In this document: positions 23,581-38,217 of the stretch, piece after piece
Position numbering within the stretch: position 1 is the stretch's first letter
Layout of the letters: each line of letters begins with the position of its first letter
Assembly (NCBI RefSeq): GCF_006345805.1
Contig: NC_043026.1
Span: forward strand, 11,284,001 to 11,348,000
Direction of reading: 5' to 3'
DNA: 64,000 bases
Source: Octopus sinensis
Taxonomy: Eukaryota
Made by a program: the position numbers and the translations under genes
Notes under the pieces: model-generated
Seen by the model: the letters and a program-made list of their open reading frames with translations, nothing else
The model's database searches: none
Told to the model about the DNA's origin: nothing

Positions 23581-24768
23581 ATGGAAAATGAGGTTTGTGC
23601 GAACAAGGTGAAACTTAAAACATTGTCTGAAAATATTGACTGTCCTATTGACAAAAGGATTAAGAAAGGGAAAAAGTCGTTTGACTGTGATGTCTGTGGT
23701 AGATCATTCTCCCAAAAGGGCAACCTTACTACACACAGACGTACTCATACAAGAGAGAAGCCATATCACTGTGATACCTGTGGTAAATCATTCTCTCTAA
23801 ATCATCACTTAACGATTCACAAACGCATTCACACAGGAGAGAAACCATATTGCTGTGATATCTGTGGTAAATCGTTCTCTCAAAACAGTAATCTCATTAT
23901 TCACAAACACATTCACACAGGAGAAAAACCGTATCACTGTAATATCTGTAATAAATCATTCTCTCAGAGTGGTTACTTAACTACTCATAAACTTAATCAT
24001 ACAGGAGAGAAACCATATCGTTGTGATATTTGTGGCAAATCATTCTCTCAAAGTGGGTACTTAACTACTCATAGACTCATTCATACAGGAGAAAAAACGT
24101 ATCAGTGTGATGTCTGTGATAAATCATTCTCTGGAAGTAATAGCTTAGCTATACACATACGTATTCATACAGGAGAGCAACCATATCACTGTGATATCTG
24201 TGGTAAATCATTCTCTCAAAATGAACATTTAACTAACCACAAGCGTATTCATACAGGTGAAAAGCCATATCACTGTGATGTCTGTGGTAAGTCATTTGCC
24301 CGAGGAAATGTTTTGACTACTCACAAACGTATTCATACAGGGGAGAAAACATACCATTGTGATATATGTGGTAAGTCTTTCTCGCGAGGAAATGTTTTGG
24401 CTACTCACAAACGTATCCACACAGGAGAGAAGCCATATCAGTGTGACATCTGCAATAAATCATTTTCTCATAACGATCGCTTAACTACACACAAACGTAT
24501 TCATACAGGAGAGAAACCATATCACTGTGATACCTGTGGTAAATCATTCTCTCAAGGAAATACTCTAACTATTCACAAACGTATTCACACAGGTGAGAAG
24601 CCTTATCACTGTGATACTTGTGATAAGTCATTCTATGGAAGTAGTACCTTAACTAAACATAAACGCATTCATACAGGAGAGAAGCCGTATCACTGTGATA
24701 TTTGTGGTAAATCATTCTCTCAAAAAAGCCACTTGACTAAACATACAGGTATTCATTCAGGAGATTAA
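23581..24768 (+). CDS. C2H2 zinc-finger protein, CD-type, 13 fingers, 395 aa (ZNF-3)
   Basis: Uninterrupted ORF with 13 fingers; ATG at 23581 (MENEVCANK). Confidence 0.93.
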   Translation: MENEVCANKVKLKTLSENIDCPIDKRIKKGKKSFDCDVCGRSFSQKGNLTTHRRTHTREKPYHCDTCGKSFSLNHHLTIHKRIHTGEKPYCCDICGKSFSQNSNLIIHKHIHTGEKPYHCNICNKSFSQSGYLTTHKLNHTGEKPYRCDICGKSFSQSGYLTTHRLIHTGEKTYQCDVCDKSFSGSNSLAIHIRIHTGEQPYHCDICGKSFSQNEHLTNHKRIHTGEKPYHCDVCGKSFARGNVLTTHKRIHTGEKTYHCDICGKSFSRGNVLATHKRIHTGEKPYQCDICNKSFSHNDRLTTHKRIHTGEKPYHCDTCGKSFSQGNTLTIHKRIHTGEKPYHCDTCDKSFYGSSTLTKHKRIHTGEKPYHCDICGKSFSQKSHLTKHTGIHSGD

Positions 24769-24886
24769 TGGTATCAAGATCAAGATTTAGGCCAAAGTAA
24801 ATACAATACAATTTACATATCTGTACAATATGTTAGTCTTAAGTTGTGGTTTATATTTTATATAAACATATTTTATCTCTGTATAT

Positions 24887-25220
24887 CAGCCAGGATCCCT
24901 GGTCTGGTGGTACGTAAAAAGCACTATCCGACTCGTGGCCGATGCCAGCCCCGCCTCGACTAGCTTCCGTGCCGGTGGCACATAAAATACACCAATCCAA
25001 CCATGGCCGTTGCCAGCCTCGCCTGGCACCTGTGCAGGTGGCACGTAAAAAGCACCCACTACACTCACGGAGTGGTTGGCGTTAGGAAGGGCATCCAGCC
25101 GTAGAAACACTGCCAGATTTGACTGAGCCTGATGAAGCCTTCCAGCTTCACAGACCCCAGTAGAACCATCCAACCCATGCTAGCATGGAAAACGGACGCT
25201 AAATGATGATGATGATGATG
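24887..25220 (+). mobile_element. SINE-like family C ((GAT)n tail, internal ~45-bp repeats; representative copy)
   Basis: 25-bp TSD ATAAACATATTTTATCTCTGTATAT (24862-24886, 25221-25245) and (TGA)n tail. Copies at about 20700-21047, 26053-26343, 29964-30288(-), 38513-38827, 41566-41738, 44168-44552, 45306-45893, 51081-51525, 63075-63508. Confidence 0.85.
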
Positions 25221-27403
25221 ATAAACATATTTTATCTCTGTATATTTGATCTGTAGTTTTTATTAGAAGAAAAATAAAGTGGGAAGACTTGGAATTTCAA
25301 GGTGTTATTGGACACTTTGGCAAAGAAGCAGCCATATCTGGTCCAAAGATTCTACCTGTTTAATGTTCAAGCCACCCAGATCTGGCCTCTTCTGTCAATC
25401 CTACAATGTCATTCTATAAATAATAAACCACAGAATCAAAATCTTGAAGCTATGAGATAATACTTGGTTAATTCAAAAGAACGCGAATAAATATTACGTT
25501 TGACATAATCTCAATGCTGAAGTATTGAACTTAAGCTATGGGAACATATTGTACAGGCGTGTAATGGATCCCTTACTAAAATTTGAAACTGTAACACAAT
25601 GTTTGGAAATCTTCAATAGGCGCAGGAGTGGCTGTGTGGTAAGTAGCTTGCTAACCAACCACATAGTTCCGGGTTCAGTCCCACTGCGTGGCATCTTGGG
25701 CAAGTATCTTCTGCTATAGCCCCAGGCCGACCAAAGCCTTGTGAGTGGATTTGGTAGACGGAAACTGAAAGAAGCCTGTCGTATATATGTATATATATGT
25801 ATATGTATGTGTGTGTATGTGTTTGTGTTTGTCTCCCTAGCATTGCTTGACAACCGATGCTGGTGTGTTTACGTCCCCGTCACTTAGCGGTTCGGCAAAA
25901 GAGACTGATAGAATAAGTACTGGGCTTACAAAGAATAAGTCCCGGGGTCGATTTGCTCGACTAAAGGCGGTGCTCCAGCATGGCCACAGTCAAACGACTG
26001 AAACAAGTAAAAGAGTAAAAGTTTTGGCAAACAAAAATAACAATTGATGAACCATCCGAACGTGGCCGTAGCCAGCGCTGCCCTGACCAGCTTCCATGCC
26101 GGTGGCACGTAAAAAGCACCATCCGACCGTGGCTGTTGCCAGCTTCGTCTGGTCTCCGTGTCGGTGGCACGTAAAAAGCACCCTCTACACTCACGGAGTG
26201 GTTGGCGTTAGGAAGGGCATCCAGCTGTAGAAACACTGCCAGATCAGACTGGGCCTGGTGCAGCCTTCTGGCTTCCCAGATCCCCAGTTGAACCGTCCAA
26301 CCCATGCTAGCATGGAAAGCGGACGTTAAACGATGATGATGATTTCTTAATTAAGTTGTGATGTCCTCAAACAAGTGACTAACAGCTTGCTTTGGACAGA
26401 ATAAGTAATGGACCATTTCACATCAGCCTAATATAGAACTGCCACTCAAAACATGGGATAAAACCCTCTATAGTTCTTTATCTTTAAAAATGTCCAAAAT
26501 TTGTGAAACAACTTACGTAATTGCATATAAATATAAATATTTTTAATAAAGTAAATTTTCTTAAATTGAATTTTCAATGTTTTTCTTTTCTCAATACTTG
26601 TACACATGCTGAACAGCTTAGTGCTTGTGGACTTTAGCTGCCCATATTGTAGCTCTTTACTTTTGACTGCTCATTCTGGTTCATCATGTGATGGTCAGAT
26701 CCATTTAGTTGTACTTGGACCGCCCACATCTTTAACGTGATGGACTAGCCTAATATCTGTTCATCAGTTATAAAATGGGAAATTCTGGCTCATAAATTCC
26801 CCAGCAGGGAGAGTTTTGCTATGAGCAACCTGGGACCTTGATGTGCAAACAATTTTGATTTCAATTGGCAGAAGATGAAGCAGACAAAGAGATGGACAGA
26901 AGGACATAACGCCCATTATAGTAAGATAGCAAATCTGTCCACCTACGATGGGAAATAAAGGGATAATATCGCAAATCTAAACCCTCTAAATTCATGAACT
27001 ATACGGGGGTGGGGAGATCCAGAGTTAATCCTCATCGCCGGAATTTTAACAAAAAAGAATCAAAGGTGATTTATTAATACAAAACTCAATGTCCACTAAA
27101 TAATCATACTTTTTCACTTTTTTTATGCTAAAAACCTTCCTGATTTCCTCCTTTGTAATCCCCAAAAATATTGTGACCATTGGTCCAGCTGTTTGCCTGT
27201 GAAAAGGGAAGGGACAGACGTAATGCCCGTTATAGTAAATTGATGACAATCACAACTATCATATCAAACATACATATATTCCTGCCACCATCATATTATG
27301 TATGTATGTAGATATATATATATATATGTATATCTCTTGAGCACCACCAGCAAATATATTTTTTTCCTCTGTCTTCCCTTCTCGGGATCTTTCCTTCTCC
27401 TTT

Positions 27404-27438
27404 GTTTCCGATGAAGAGCTCCGCTCGAAACGTTAAAC
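27404..27438 (+). ncRNA. Putative minimal type I hammerhead ribozyme (variant core CCGAUGA) in a TA-embedded mini-element
   Basis: GTTT-CCGATGA-A-GAGC(TCC)GCTC-GAAA-CGT-T-AAAC: stem I 4 bp, stem II 4 bp, palindromic stem III (AACGTT). Same fold at 48026-48060(-). Confidence 0.5.
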
Positions 27439-27519
27439 CCTCCTTCCCTTCTTTCCTGAGTATCAAATAATACTTTAATTGTTCCACGTCCTTGCATTGC
27501 TGTGTTTTCTTGTTTGGAT

Positions 27520-27571
<52 letters not shown>

Positions 27572-27746
27572 CACACATATATATACACATAGCAGGCTTC
27601 TTCCAGTTTTTGTCTTCAAATCCATTCACAAGGCTTTGTCCGGCTCAGGGCTGTAGTGTAAGACAGTGCCACACAGTGGGATTGAACTGAAAACATCATA
27701 GTCAAGAAGCAGGCTTCTTTACCACATTGTTACACCTGTACTGTAT

Positions 27747-27797
<51 letters not shown>

Positions 27798-28368
27798 ACA
27801 CACACACACACACACACATACACATTTCTTCTCACCATTATAATATACACCATGGAAGTAGAGAGAAACATTTCATTTGTTCAGGTAAATGTTTATTTCT
27901 ACACCTTACCTCTATCTCATGCTGTTGTTTCTCCTCTATTTCAGAATAACAAATGACATTGGCATCTAAGAATTGTATACATCATCAAAATTTATTCTTG
28001 TTCAAAGACACAAAAGAAAATGTTATACCAAAGAGACGTAATTTTCCCTCAACTCAGATTGATAGCAGCAATTGTCTTCTTGACCGTCTTGAATGCGTAC
28101 AAGACTATTTTGCCTCTGAATTAAACTTCAATGGATTTATAAAGGAGTTTGCAACCCCAAATCATGTATCAACAAGGATCACAGTAGTATAAATATTTAT
28201 TAGGACGAAAATATATCAACATTGTGGTGAGGAAAGAACTGCATCCTTTAAGGCCCTCATGCTTTCCGAAATCCGCCGAAACTACACCTGATTATATATA
28301 CACTTTAGATCAGTTGTAGTGCACCTGAGCACTGTACACATTATTATTATTATTATTATTATTATATG

Positions 28369-29217
<849 letters not shown>

Positions 29218-32200
29218 CGTGAAATTTCAAGTTGTCAGTGGTTGTTTCAATAAATGATGAATTTATCTTGTATTTTATTTAATATAGCTTTATTACACTT
29301 TCTCTTTCTCTCTTTACTCTTTTACTTGTTTCAGTCATTTGACTGTGGCCATGCTGGAGCACCGCCCTTTAGTCGAGCAAATCGACCCCGGGACTTATTC
29401 TTTGTAAGCCCAGTACTTATTCTATCGGTCTCTTTTACTTGTTTCAGTCGTTTGACTGCGGCCATGCTGGAGCACCGCCTTTAGTCGAGCAAATCGACCC
29501 CGGGACTTATTCTTTGTAAGCCCAGTACTTATTCTATCGGTCTCTTTTGCCGAACCGCTAAGTGACGGGGAAGTAAACACACCAGCATCGTTTGTCAAGC
29601 AATGCTAGGGGGACAAACACAGACACATACATATATACGACAGGCTTCTTTCAGTTTCCGTCTACCAAATCCACTCATTGGTCGGCCTGAGGCTATAGTA
29701 GAAGACACTTGCCCAAGGTGTCACACAGTGAGATTGAACCTGGAACCATGTAGTCAGTAAACAAGCTACTTACCACACAGCCACTCCTGCGCCTAGTTAC
29801 TTTTATAAAAAATTAGGTTATAGATGAAGATATTATCCATAATGACTTGTACAGCAGCATTATAGTTATTTGTTAGAAGGATGAAGGAGATGCCTCAGAA
29901 ATATTTATGGAGGAATCAAGTTGCTGGATAAGTTAAGGTAAGTTATGGAGGGAGTTATAGCCCTCATCATCATCATCATCATCGTTTCGCGTCCGTTTTC
30001 CATGCTAGCATGGGTTGGACGGTTCTACTGGGGTCTGTGAAGCCAGAGGGCTTCATCAGGCCCAGTCAAATCTGGCAGTGTTTCTACGGCTGGATGCCCT
30101 TCCTAACGCCAACCACTCCGTGAGTGTAGTGGGTGCTTTTTACATGCCACCCGCACAGGTGCCAGACAGAGCTGGCAAACGGCCACGAATGGATGGTGCT
30201 TTTTATGTGCCACCGGCACGAGGGCCAGGCGAGGCTGGCAACGGACGCGAACGGATGGTGCTTTTTACGTGCCACCAGCACGAGAGCCCTGTTAATTAGA
30301 AATTACTTTGATTTTTTTTATCTGGGAAAAGTACTCCTGATACTATTTTCTTAGACATCTGCAAGAAAATTAATTAGGTAAGAGTAAAGGATTGCACTTG
30401 GCTTTTGTTGACCTGGAGAAAACCTTTAAGAAATTCTGTTGGTGTATCATCTGATGGTGTGTGAGGAAGAGAATTGGCTACTGAAAACTATACAGGAGTG
30501 TTACCCTTTTGTTACCAACCCGGCTGAAACCGGCTCTGGCTTTGTAGTACAAATGTCGTGTTTTCCTAAGTTTTGAATTAAAATCTTCCACCAAACCTTA
30601 GTCACAATTTATGTTCCTAACACTAGCTTAATGATAACCAAGTTATTTTACTAAATTCTTTGTTATATTCAAAGTAATTAAAAGAAACTCAGAGCATCTC
30701 AAAATAAATACAGTAACGAAAGGGTTTTGTTTTCTGTCCCCTCCTATTCAGGCCATACAGAGGAATTGATTGATTGATTGATGGATGGATGGGTGTGTGT
30801 GTGTGTTTTATCTTCATAATAAAGAAACGCCGATAATTAATTTCGATGATACATGTAAAGACATGTGTTATCGTAATTATCAGCGGTTCTTTATTACCAA
30901 GATAACACAGGGACACACACTCATGAAAAAATACAGTCAAAAATTGTGGAAAACAAAACCTGTAATCTTTCGACATGTCAGAAAACAGCACAGCTCCCAT
31001 GACTTTCGGAAACATTTCTTCACGCTCAGAGTTGCTGAAGCATGGAACAAACTGCCTGCGTCAGTTGTTGACTGCCATGACACTGCATCCTTTAAGGCCC
31101 TCATGCTTTCCGAAATCCGCCGAAACTACACCTGATTATATATGCACTTTAGATGAGTTGTAGTGCACCTGAGCACTGTACACAATGTTTATTATTATTA
31201 TTATGTCAGCTGTCGATAATCAAAATCGATTGTGCACCGATTCAGAACAATGAACATGTCCTCATTACCTAAACCGCGTTGATATATCTGAATGCTTTTA
31301 TCTATAATATAACGACAATTCTATAATATATCGACATTCATTGTTCAACTATTATATCTCTACCCACAAATATCACGACCACAACACCCCATCACCAACA
31401 ACACATCAACAACAATACTAACATCCGAACGATTTCAGTAACTACAAAGCCGTATTTTCTGTCTGTTTAATGAAGCGCACGTTTCTATTTAATTACCTTT
31501 CTGGCTTTTTTTCCTTTCTTCTAAGCAATAAAAGAAAACGTATTGAAATGCTTTTGTGTGTTTAAACTTCAGTGGAGAAATACTGGTTATACGTAAGCTA
31601 GTTTAATGCCAGTGGATGGTACAGACAGTAGTGTACTGTCTGCGCGTTTTGGTCACATGTGGACGCATCTAAGTCTGTAGGTAATACTGATTACAGAACT
31701 TAGGACTGGGAGCAGTACTGGCATTTATATAGAGTCCTGACATTTGTAGACCCTACTATGGGTAATAGGGGCAACTACTGACCGTAGAAGAGAGTAGGGA
31801 CAGCAGAGAAAATTAACAGTTCTGACATCAACCCCTCATATAACCAACTAAAGTGAAAGGGCTACTCCCTATCTCAGTGAAAGTAAGTATTTTTTTATCG
31901 CAACCAATTTTGTGTGTGTGTGTACTGTATGAAGAGAGTGAATGTTTGTTATTTCTTTATTGCCCACAGGGGGTTAAACATAGAAGGGACAAACAAGGAC
32001 AGATAAAGGGACTACGTGGATTACATCGACCGCAGTGCGTAATTGGTACTTATTTAATCGACCCCGAAAGGATGAAAGTCAAAGTCGACCTCGGCGGAAT
32101 TTGAACTCAGAACGTAACGGCAGACGAAATACCTATTTCTTTACTACCCACAAGGTGCTAAACACAGAGAGGACAAACAAGGACAGACAAAGGGATTAAG

Positions 32201-32997
32201 TCGATTACATCGACTCCAGTGTGTAACTGGTACTTAATTTATCGACCCCGAAAGGATGAAAGGCAAAGTCGACCTCGGCGGAATTTGAACTCAGAACATA
32301 GCGGCAGACGAAATACGGCTACGCATTTCACCCGGCGTGCTAACGGTTCTGCCAGCTCACCGCCTTCAATATTCTTAGCCCTGTATTCTGTGGCCCTCTA
32401 TCATTAATGACTAAGGATGAAGGCCCTAGATTCCTCACCCCCACTAGAACAGCATTTTCTGTGTCTGAACTATTCGATATGCAAATGGCAGTCTCTGTCA
32501 CACAAGCACTGCATTTAAGGGTTGCCCAGGGCCTGTTTGAGCTGTATTGTTCTTCCTGTCTGATGTTTTATCCTGTTCTAGCTCTCAAGTAGGGGGTGTT
32601 CGAAAGAATTCGATCCTGGGTAGTGTCCCACATCTCAACGTCACTAATGGATCCTGAGAAACAGTCCGGCCACTACAACTTGGTGACAGCGAAAGCCTTT
32701 CTGATGCTTGTGTATGGTTACAAGGAAACATATTAGGAATCAGGGTTTTCCTTCCGCTTGATGGATTGCACTCCCCCACCTGGTTAACGAGCTCCATCTT
32801 TCTCGACTGAGTTGCTAATTAACCCAAAGCTGGGACACTGACAATTCATACAATTCTTGTCGGAATAGACCTGTGAACAACAGTGGCTAAGAGGAGGGTC
32901 CTCACTCCTCAAATCCTTGGAATTCCCGAAGCAGGGCCCCACTACTAAAATCTTATCCAGGACCTGTACCTATGTTAACAACACTAATTTATGTTCA

Positions 32998-33385
32998 ACT
33001 AGCAGTATCGCCCGGCGTTGCTTGGGTTTGTAAGGGAAATAACTATATAAGCATTTTTAGAGAGTTATAGCCAAAAAATAGCAAAAAAAATGCATTAAAA
33101 ATGGAAAAAAATTATGGTAAATTTTTTTTTAAATCGTTGACTCATCGTAGACATTTTTAGAGAGTTACTTCCCTTATATAATAGCGAAAAAATGCATTAA
33201 AATGGAAAAAAATGATGGTAAATTTTTTTTAAATCGTAGACTCATGCTAATACCCAGAAGGGCTCGATATGAATCACGACTATAAGATACCCGCTTTTGG
33301 TTAAACTGCACCGCAAAATGTGGGAGTAGTTAGGAATCTAAATCGTAGGAGACAGACACACAACTTCACTTTTATATATAAAGAT
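32998..33385 (+). mobile_element. Non-autonomous Helitron/Helentron (DINE-like) element
   Basis: Starts ACTAGCAGTATCGCCCGGCGTTGC and ends GACACACAACTTCACTTTTATATATAAAGAT. Second copy at 49114-49627(-). The family call is inferred from end architecture. Confidence 0.6.
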
Positions 33386-33702
33386 TTTCTATTCCAAATC
33401 ATAATTTATTTCTTATTTTTCGTTTTCTTTTTAAGTTACCCTTCCTCGCATACTCAAAAATTTTACCTCTTGTCATTTTATTTCTCTCTTCTCTTTCAGG
33501 ATATCTCTCTGTTACTCTCTAATTCTTTTCCACCCTTTCTGTCTTTTTCTCACCCGTTCTCTCTTTGTATATTAAATTTCACCTTCTCTTTTTGCTGAAT
33601 CTCACCCTCTTTCTCCTCTCATCTCTCTTCCTTTCTCTAATGCCATTTGCTTCCACGCACTCTCTCTCTCTCTCTCTCCCTCTGATGATCTTAAAACCAA
33701 GA

Positions 33703-34036
33703 ATGTTCCGGTTCCCTTCTACTAGTCCAGCAGTTGTGATCAGAACGCTGCTGTTAATCCTTGCAACAATTCTAACCGCTACTTCAGATCAGGAATTTAG
33801 TGAAGCTTACTATGAGCTTTTGGGGCCTGGTTATTCCTTTGGCTACCTTCAGACATCTCCAGAAGAACAGTTCTCCTCAACAGAAAATCTACTGGAATGT
33901 GCTGGCATCGCTCTAAACAGCCAATCGGAGTTTTTTACTTACGACACGGTCAGCTACGTTTGTAAGAATTACTCACCGAAAAATATGATGACAGTCGTCA
34001 GCGCGAATAACAGCAACGAGCTGTCCTATTACAAAA
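33703..34036 (+). CDS. Exon 1 of putative secreted protein (signal peptide + degenerate PAN/apple-like domain)
   Basis: MFRFPSTSPAVVIRTLLLILATILTATS hydrophobic leader, then LLECAGIALNSQSEFFTYDTVSYVC; donor GTAAGT at 34037 (phase 1). An alternative in-frame ATG is at 33685. Confidence 0.75.
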
Positions 34037-34707
34037 GTAAGTGGTGCATTATCATCATCGTTGTTGTTGTTATTGCTGTTGTTGCTGTTGTTATTGTTGT
34101 TGTTGTGGTGGTGGTGGATTACTTCTCTTCCATTATTTTTAATATATCTTATTGACTCCTAATATATGTACTTAATTAATAAGGTTTTTTTTTCCCCACG
34201 GTTATTAAATATTATGCCTACTCTTAATATACGTACTAAATAAATAAAAGTTTTTTTTTTTCTCCAAACTTAGTAAATATTAGGTCTAACGTTTTCTTTT
34301 AATTCAACTTATTAAAATAAGTTACTAGCCAATTATGATTATATATATTAATGGAAATGGATATATATATATATAAAGACCCCCTTCGGTCATGAATGAC
34401 CATGGGATTGCACCTAGAAAGTTACCCTCCTAGTCACAAGTCCGGGCAAGGTTGTTTATGGAAGACCAGCAGTCACCCATGCATACCAGCCTCCCTTCTC
34501 CACACCACCAGTGTTATCCAAGGGAAAGGCAAGGGCCGATACAGCTTGGCACCAGTGACGTCGCAACTCATTTCTACAGCTGAGTGAACTGGAGCAACGT
34601 GAAATAAAGTGCCTTGCTCAAGAACACAACACGCAGCCCGGTCCGGGATTCGAGCTCACAACCTCACGATCGTAAGCTCGACGCTCTAACCACTGAGCCA
34701 TGCGCCT

Positions 34708-34758
<51 letters not shown>

Positions 34759-34760
34759 TA

Positions 34761-34805
<45 letters not shown>

Positions 34806-34929
34806 GTAAATGTAAAATGATTTCTATATTTTCTATTACTATATAAGATACAAATGTTTAAGATGCCTCATTTTTATCGGTTTCAACGAGAAAATTTTTA
34901 TATTTTCTGTATTATTATCAATATTTCAG

Positions 34930-35108
34930 ATAGCGTGTGGATTAAAATCTATTCGTTATCAACGGAAGCTGGTTTGAAAGTTTTTGATTCCTATGACAGT
35001 AAAGGTAATCTTTCATCCTGGAAGGTGAACAAATGCAATGATACCTTTTGTCCCAACTTCTTCCGAAATCCTATCCTTGATTCCTGGGAACATTTTCCAG
35101 TTGACGAG
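34930..35108 (+). CDS. Exon 2 of putative secreted protein
   Basis: TTTCAG acceptor and GTATGT donor, phase 1 to 0; reads SVWIKIYSLSTEAGLKVFDSY...WEHFPVDE. Confidence 0.75.
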
Positions 35109-36559
35109 GTATGTATGCATATGCATATACACAAATAGACAACCACACACACACACACACAGATTGTCAGGTGGTGGAGAACAACAAACACAAACAGAAA
35201 AACACACACACACATAGATACGTATAGGACAGGCTTCTTTCAGTTTCCACCTACCAAATCCACTCACAAGGCTTTGGACAGCCCGAGGCTATAGCAGCAG
35301 ACACTTACCCGGGGTGCCACGAGGTGGAACTGAACGTAGAACCATGTGGTTGGGAGGGAAGTTTCGTACCTATTTCTTTACTACCCACAAGGGGCTAAAC
35401 ATAGAGGGGACAGACAAGGACAGACAAACGGATTAAGTCGATTATATCGACCCCAGTGCGTAACTGGTACTTAATTTATCGACCCCGAAAGGATGAAAGG
35501 CAAAGTCGACCTTGACGGAATTTGAACTCAGAACGTAACAGCAGACAAAAAACGGCCACGCATTTCGCCCGGCGTGCTAACGGTTCTGCCAGCTCGCCGC
35601 CTTAGTGTATATATATATATATTAGTAATTGAGAAACAGTTGCCAGCAACCGTGGAGATTGGCGACATACCATAAAAGAGGGAATACAAAGGAGTGACAG
35701 AGAGAGAGAGGAGAAATGGAAAGACAAGAAAAGACGTCAACAAGAAACTATGACATTACAACCAGCCAGGAACAGGTTGCGTGTGTTTCGTTTAACAGCA
35801 GGAAAATAACATGACTTGCTTTCGTGAAAATCTTTCATTCCTCTGTCGTAGATGTTTTGTTAACTGCAGAATAAGGCTCCAGAGAAGATTCCGGATAGTT
35901 GCTTTAGAATGTATTTCACATAACGTGATTGGATCCTTTATCGAATCCTGCGCAATATTTGACCAATCAAAGTATGGGACTCAACCAATGTTCCAAACTC
36001 AAATGATAAGTCAATCATTTCAAATTAGCGTGAGAAGCCTATAAAAAAAACTAGTTGACTCCAATATGCCATAATAGTTTCGCTACAAATTCAAGCAATA
36101 CTATTCAACAGGCGTTGATTTTATCCATCAATCGTAAGCATACACATATTGATAGTACATATGACGGGGTGCTGAAAAGTTCTAAGGGTGTCGTGAAAGA
36201 CCTGGTTGAAGGCTCTGTAGTGAGTGCACGATTTGAATATAGAGGCACCTACCTTCTCTTCGTAGTGACGGAGACCCTCCAGTGATGACTAGTCCTTCCT
36301 CACAGCCCCGACCCGAACACTAACGATAGCAGCTGCTAGCCCAAACCCTTAGCGACGTCCTCGCACGTCTTGTCACCTGTACGACCCACGTTGGAAAGGG
36401 CAATTTCCGCTCCTTGCGCATGCCAGACAGCTGACCCCTTCCGCTTGCCCCAGCTTCCGGTCAACGCACCCGGCTGCTGACGTCCAGCTGCTGACGTCAT
36501 CCCACAGGCTCAACCTTCCGAGTTCTTTTACAAAGCTTAGGAAAACTCGAAAGAGCTGT

Positions 36560-36829
36560 TCTTCACTCCTGCTCCAGAGCGTCGGCTGCGGGGTCATTCC
36601 GAAAAGCTCTACCTGCGACGATTTCATCTCAATCGAAGGAGAGGAGCTTTCTCCGTCCGGGTTGCGGATCTGTGGAACAAGCTGCCAGACGAGATGGTGA
36701 AGATGCCGACGACCGCTTTGTTCAAAACCTCCCTGGACCTCAAGTGGCCTGAACTCTTTACATGAACACCACCCTGTACTTAACTCCATGTCCCCCTACA
36801 TGGCCTTGCTATTTGCTTTTCAGCCAAAT

Positions 36830-36864
<35 letters not shown>

Positions 36865-36866
36865 AA
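36560..36866 (+). mobile_element. CR1-clade LINE 3' end with (TAAC)n tail
   Basis: KLYLRRFHLNRRRGAFSVRVADLWNKLPDEMV...FKTSLD followed by (AACT)n. Confidence 0.75.
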
Positions 36867-37081
36867 CTGAAGGACCGCTGCAATAAGTGTGTGAGTCCGA
36901 GAGAGGAACATGTTGAATAAAATCATAATTAACTGATCCTCTTGTTGGAGGATTTTAATCGAACAAATCTACCCCAGTTTTTATTTATTTTTTTTTTTTT
37001 TTAAAACTCTAGTATTATTCCAACCACCTTTTTTGCCGAACTGCTAAGTTATAGGGATGTTACTTTTTTTACTCTTTTTAG

Positions 37082-37245
37082 GTGAAACTGGTGATTTATA
37101 AAAACCAAACAGCTGTGGTTAATATGGTGTTTGATGGACAAAATACAAATCGTGAAACCTGGTTCTCTCATGAAAAGCTGAAAAGTTCCCCATGGAATGA
37201 TCTATCTTCAGCCACCCCAAATTTTTTCTCAATTCGGGGATTTAG
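37082..37245 (+). CDS. Exon 3 of putative secreted protein
   Basis: TTTTTAG acceptor and GTATGT donor, phase 0 to 2; reads VKLVIYKNQTAVVNMVFDGQNTNRETWFSHEKLKSSPWNDLSSATPNFFSIRGF. Confidence 0.78.
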
Positions 37246-37552
37246 GTATGTCATACTAGCAAAAAGACCGCCATCCAAGCGGTTTTCCACTAGTCTCTAA
37301 ATTATATTTACACATTTTATTCACAATCTGTTTAATTTTACTGATATACTCTTTTACTTGTTTCAGTCATTTGACTGCGGCCATGCTGGAGCACCGCCTT
37401 TAGTCGAGCAACTCGACCCCGGGACTTATTCTTTTTGTAAGCCCAGTACTTATTCTATCGGTCTCTTTTTGCCGAACCGCTAAGTGACGGGGACGTAAAC
37501 ACACCAGCATCGGTTGTCAAGCAATGCTAGGGGAACAAACACAGACACACAA

Positions 37553-37589
<37 letters not shown>

Positions 37590-38056
37590 CATATATACGA
37601 CAGGCTTCTTTCAGTTTCCGTCTACCAAATTCACTCACAAGGCATTGGTCGGCCCGAGGCTATAGCAGAAGACACTTGCCCAAGATGCCACGCAGTGGGA
37701 CTGAACCCGGAACCATGTGGTTGGTTAGCAAGCTACTTACCACACAGCCACTCCTGCGCCTATGTTACAATTAATTTTACAATATGTTACAATTAATTTT
37801 CCTACTGCTTATCCTTGACTTATGACCGAGTTCCATTCCGACTGACAGGTCATATGTCGGATTTATATTTTTCAACACTCTTTTCATTCAAATGCAACTG
37901 GTGCTTTGAAAGCGATGGAATGAGTGGCAGGCATCCATTGCCTGGACCTGAGGGAAACCTGTGTTACCAGATGCTGCCATAGTTATTATACGTGCAGCTG
38001 CCCAAAGTCCGAAAATTGATCATTTATTTATTTTTTTTATTTCCTTACTTTCTGTG

Positions 38057-38217
38057 GTCACAAGTACGGATGGTCATAAGTCACAAGTACGGATGGTCAT
38101 AAGTCACAAGTACGGATGGTCATAAGTCACAAGTACGGATGGTCATAAGTCACAAGTACGGATGGTCATAAGTCACAAGTACGGATGGTTGTAAGTCAAA
38201 AGTACGGATGGTCATAA
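38057..38217. repeat. 23-bp minisatellite x7 inside a small TIR element (37808-38245)
   Basis: Unit GTCACAAGTACGGATGGTCATAA; flanking inverted repeat CTTATCCTTGACTTATGAC / GTCATAAGTCAAGGAGAAG. Confidence 0.85.

Noticed and set aside
23520-23600. Transposase-ZNF fusion protein at ZNF-3
   Set aside because: The transposase piece has frameshifts and a stop, and is out of frame with the finger ORF.
33565-33684. N-terminal extension of ORF 33565-34155, and its tail after 34036
   Set aside because: The extension translates a CT-rich tract and the tail is intron (GTT repeats) after a GTAAGT donor.
38057-38217. 23-bp direct repeats as a CRISPR array
   Set aside because: Units are contiguous with no unique spacers.
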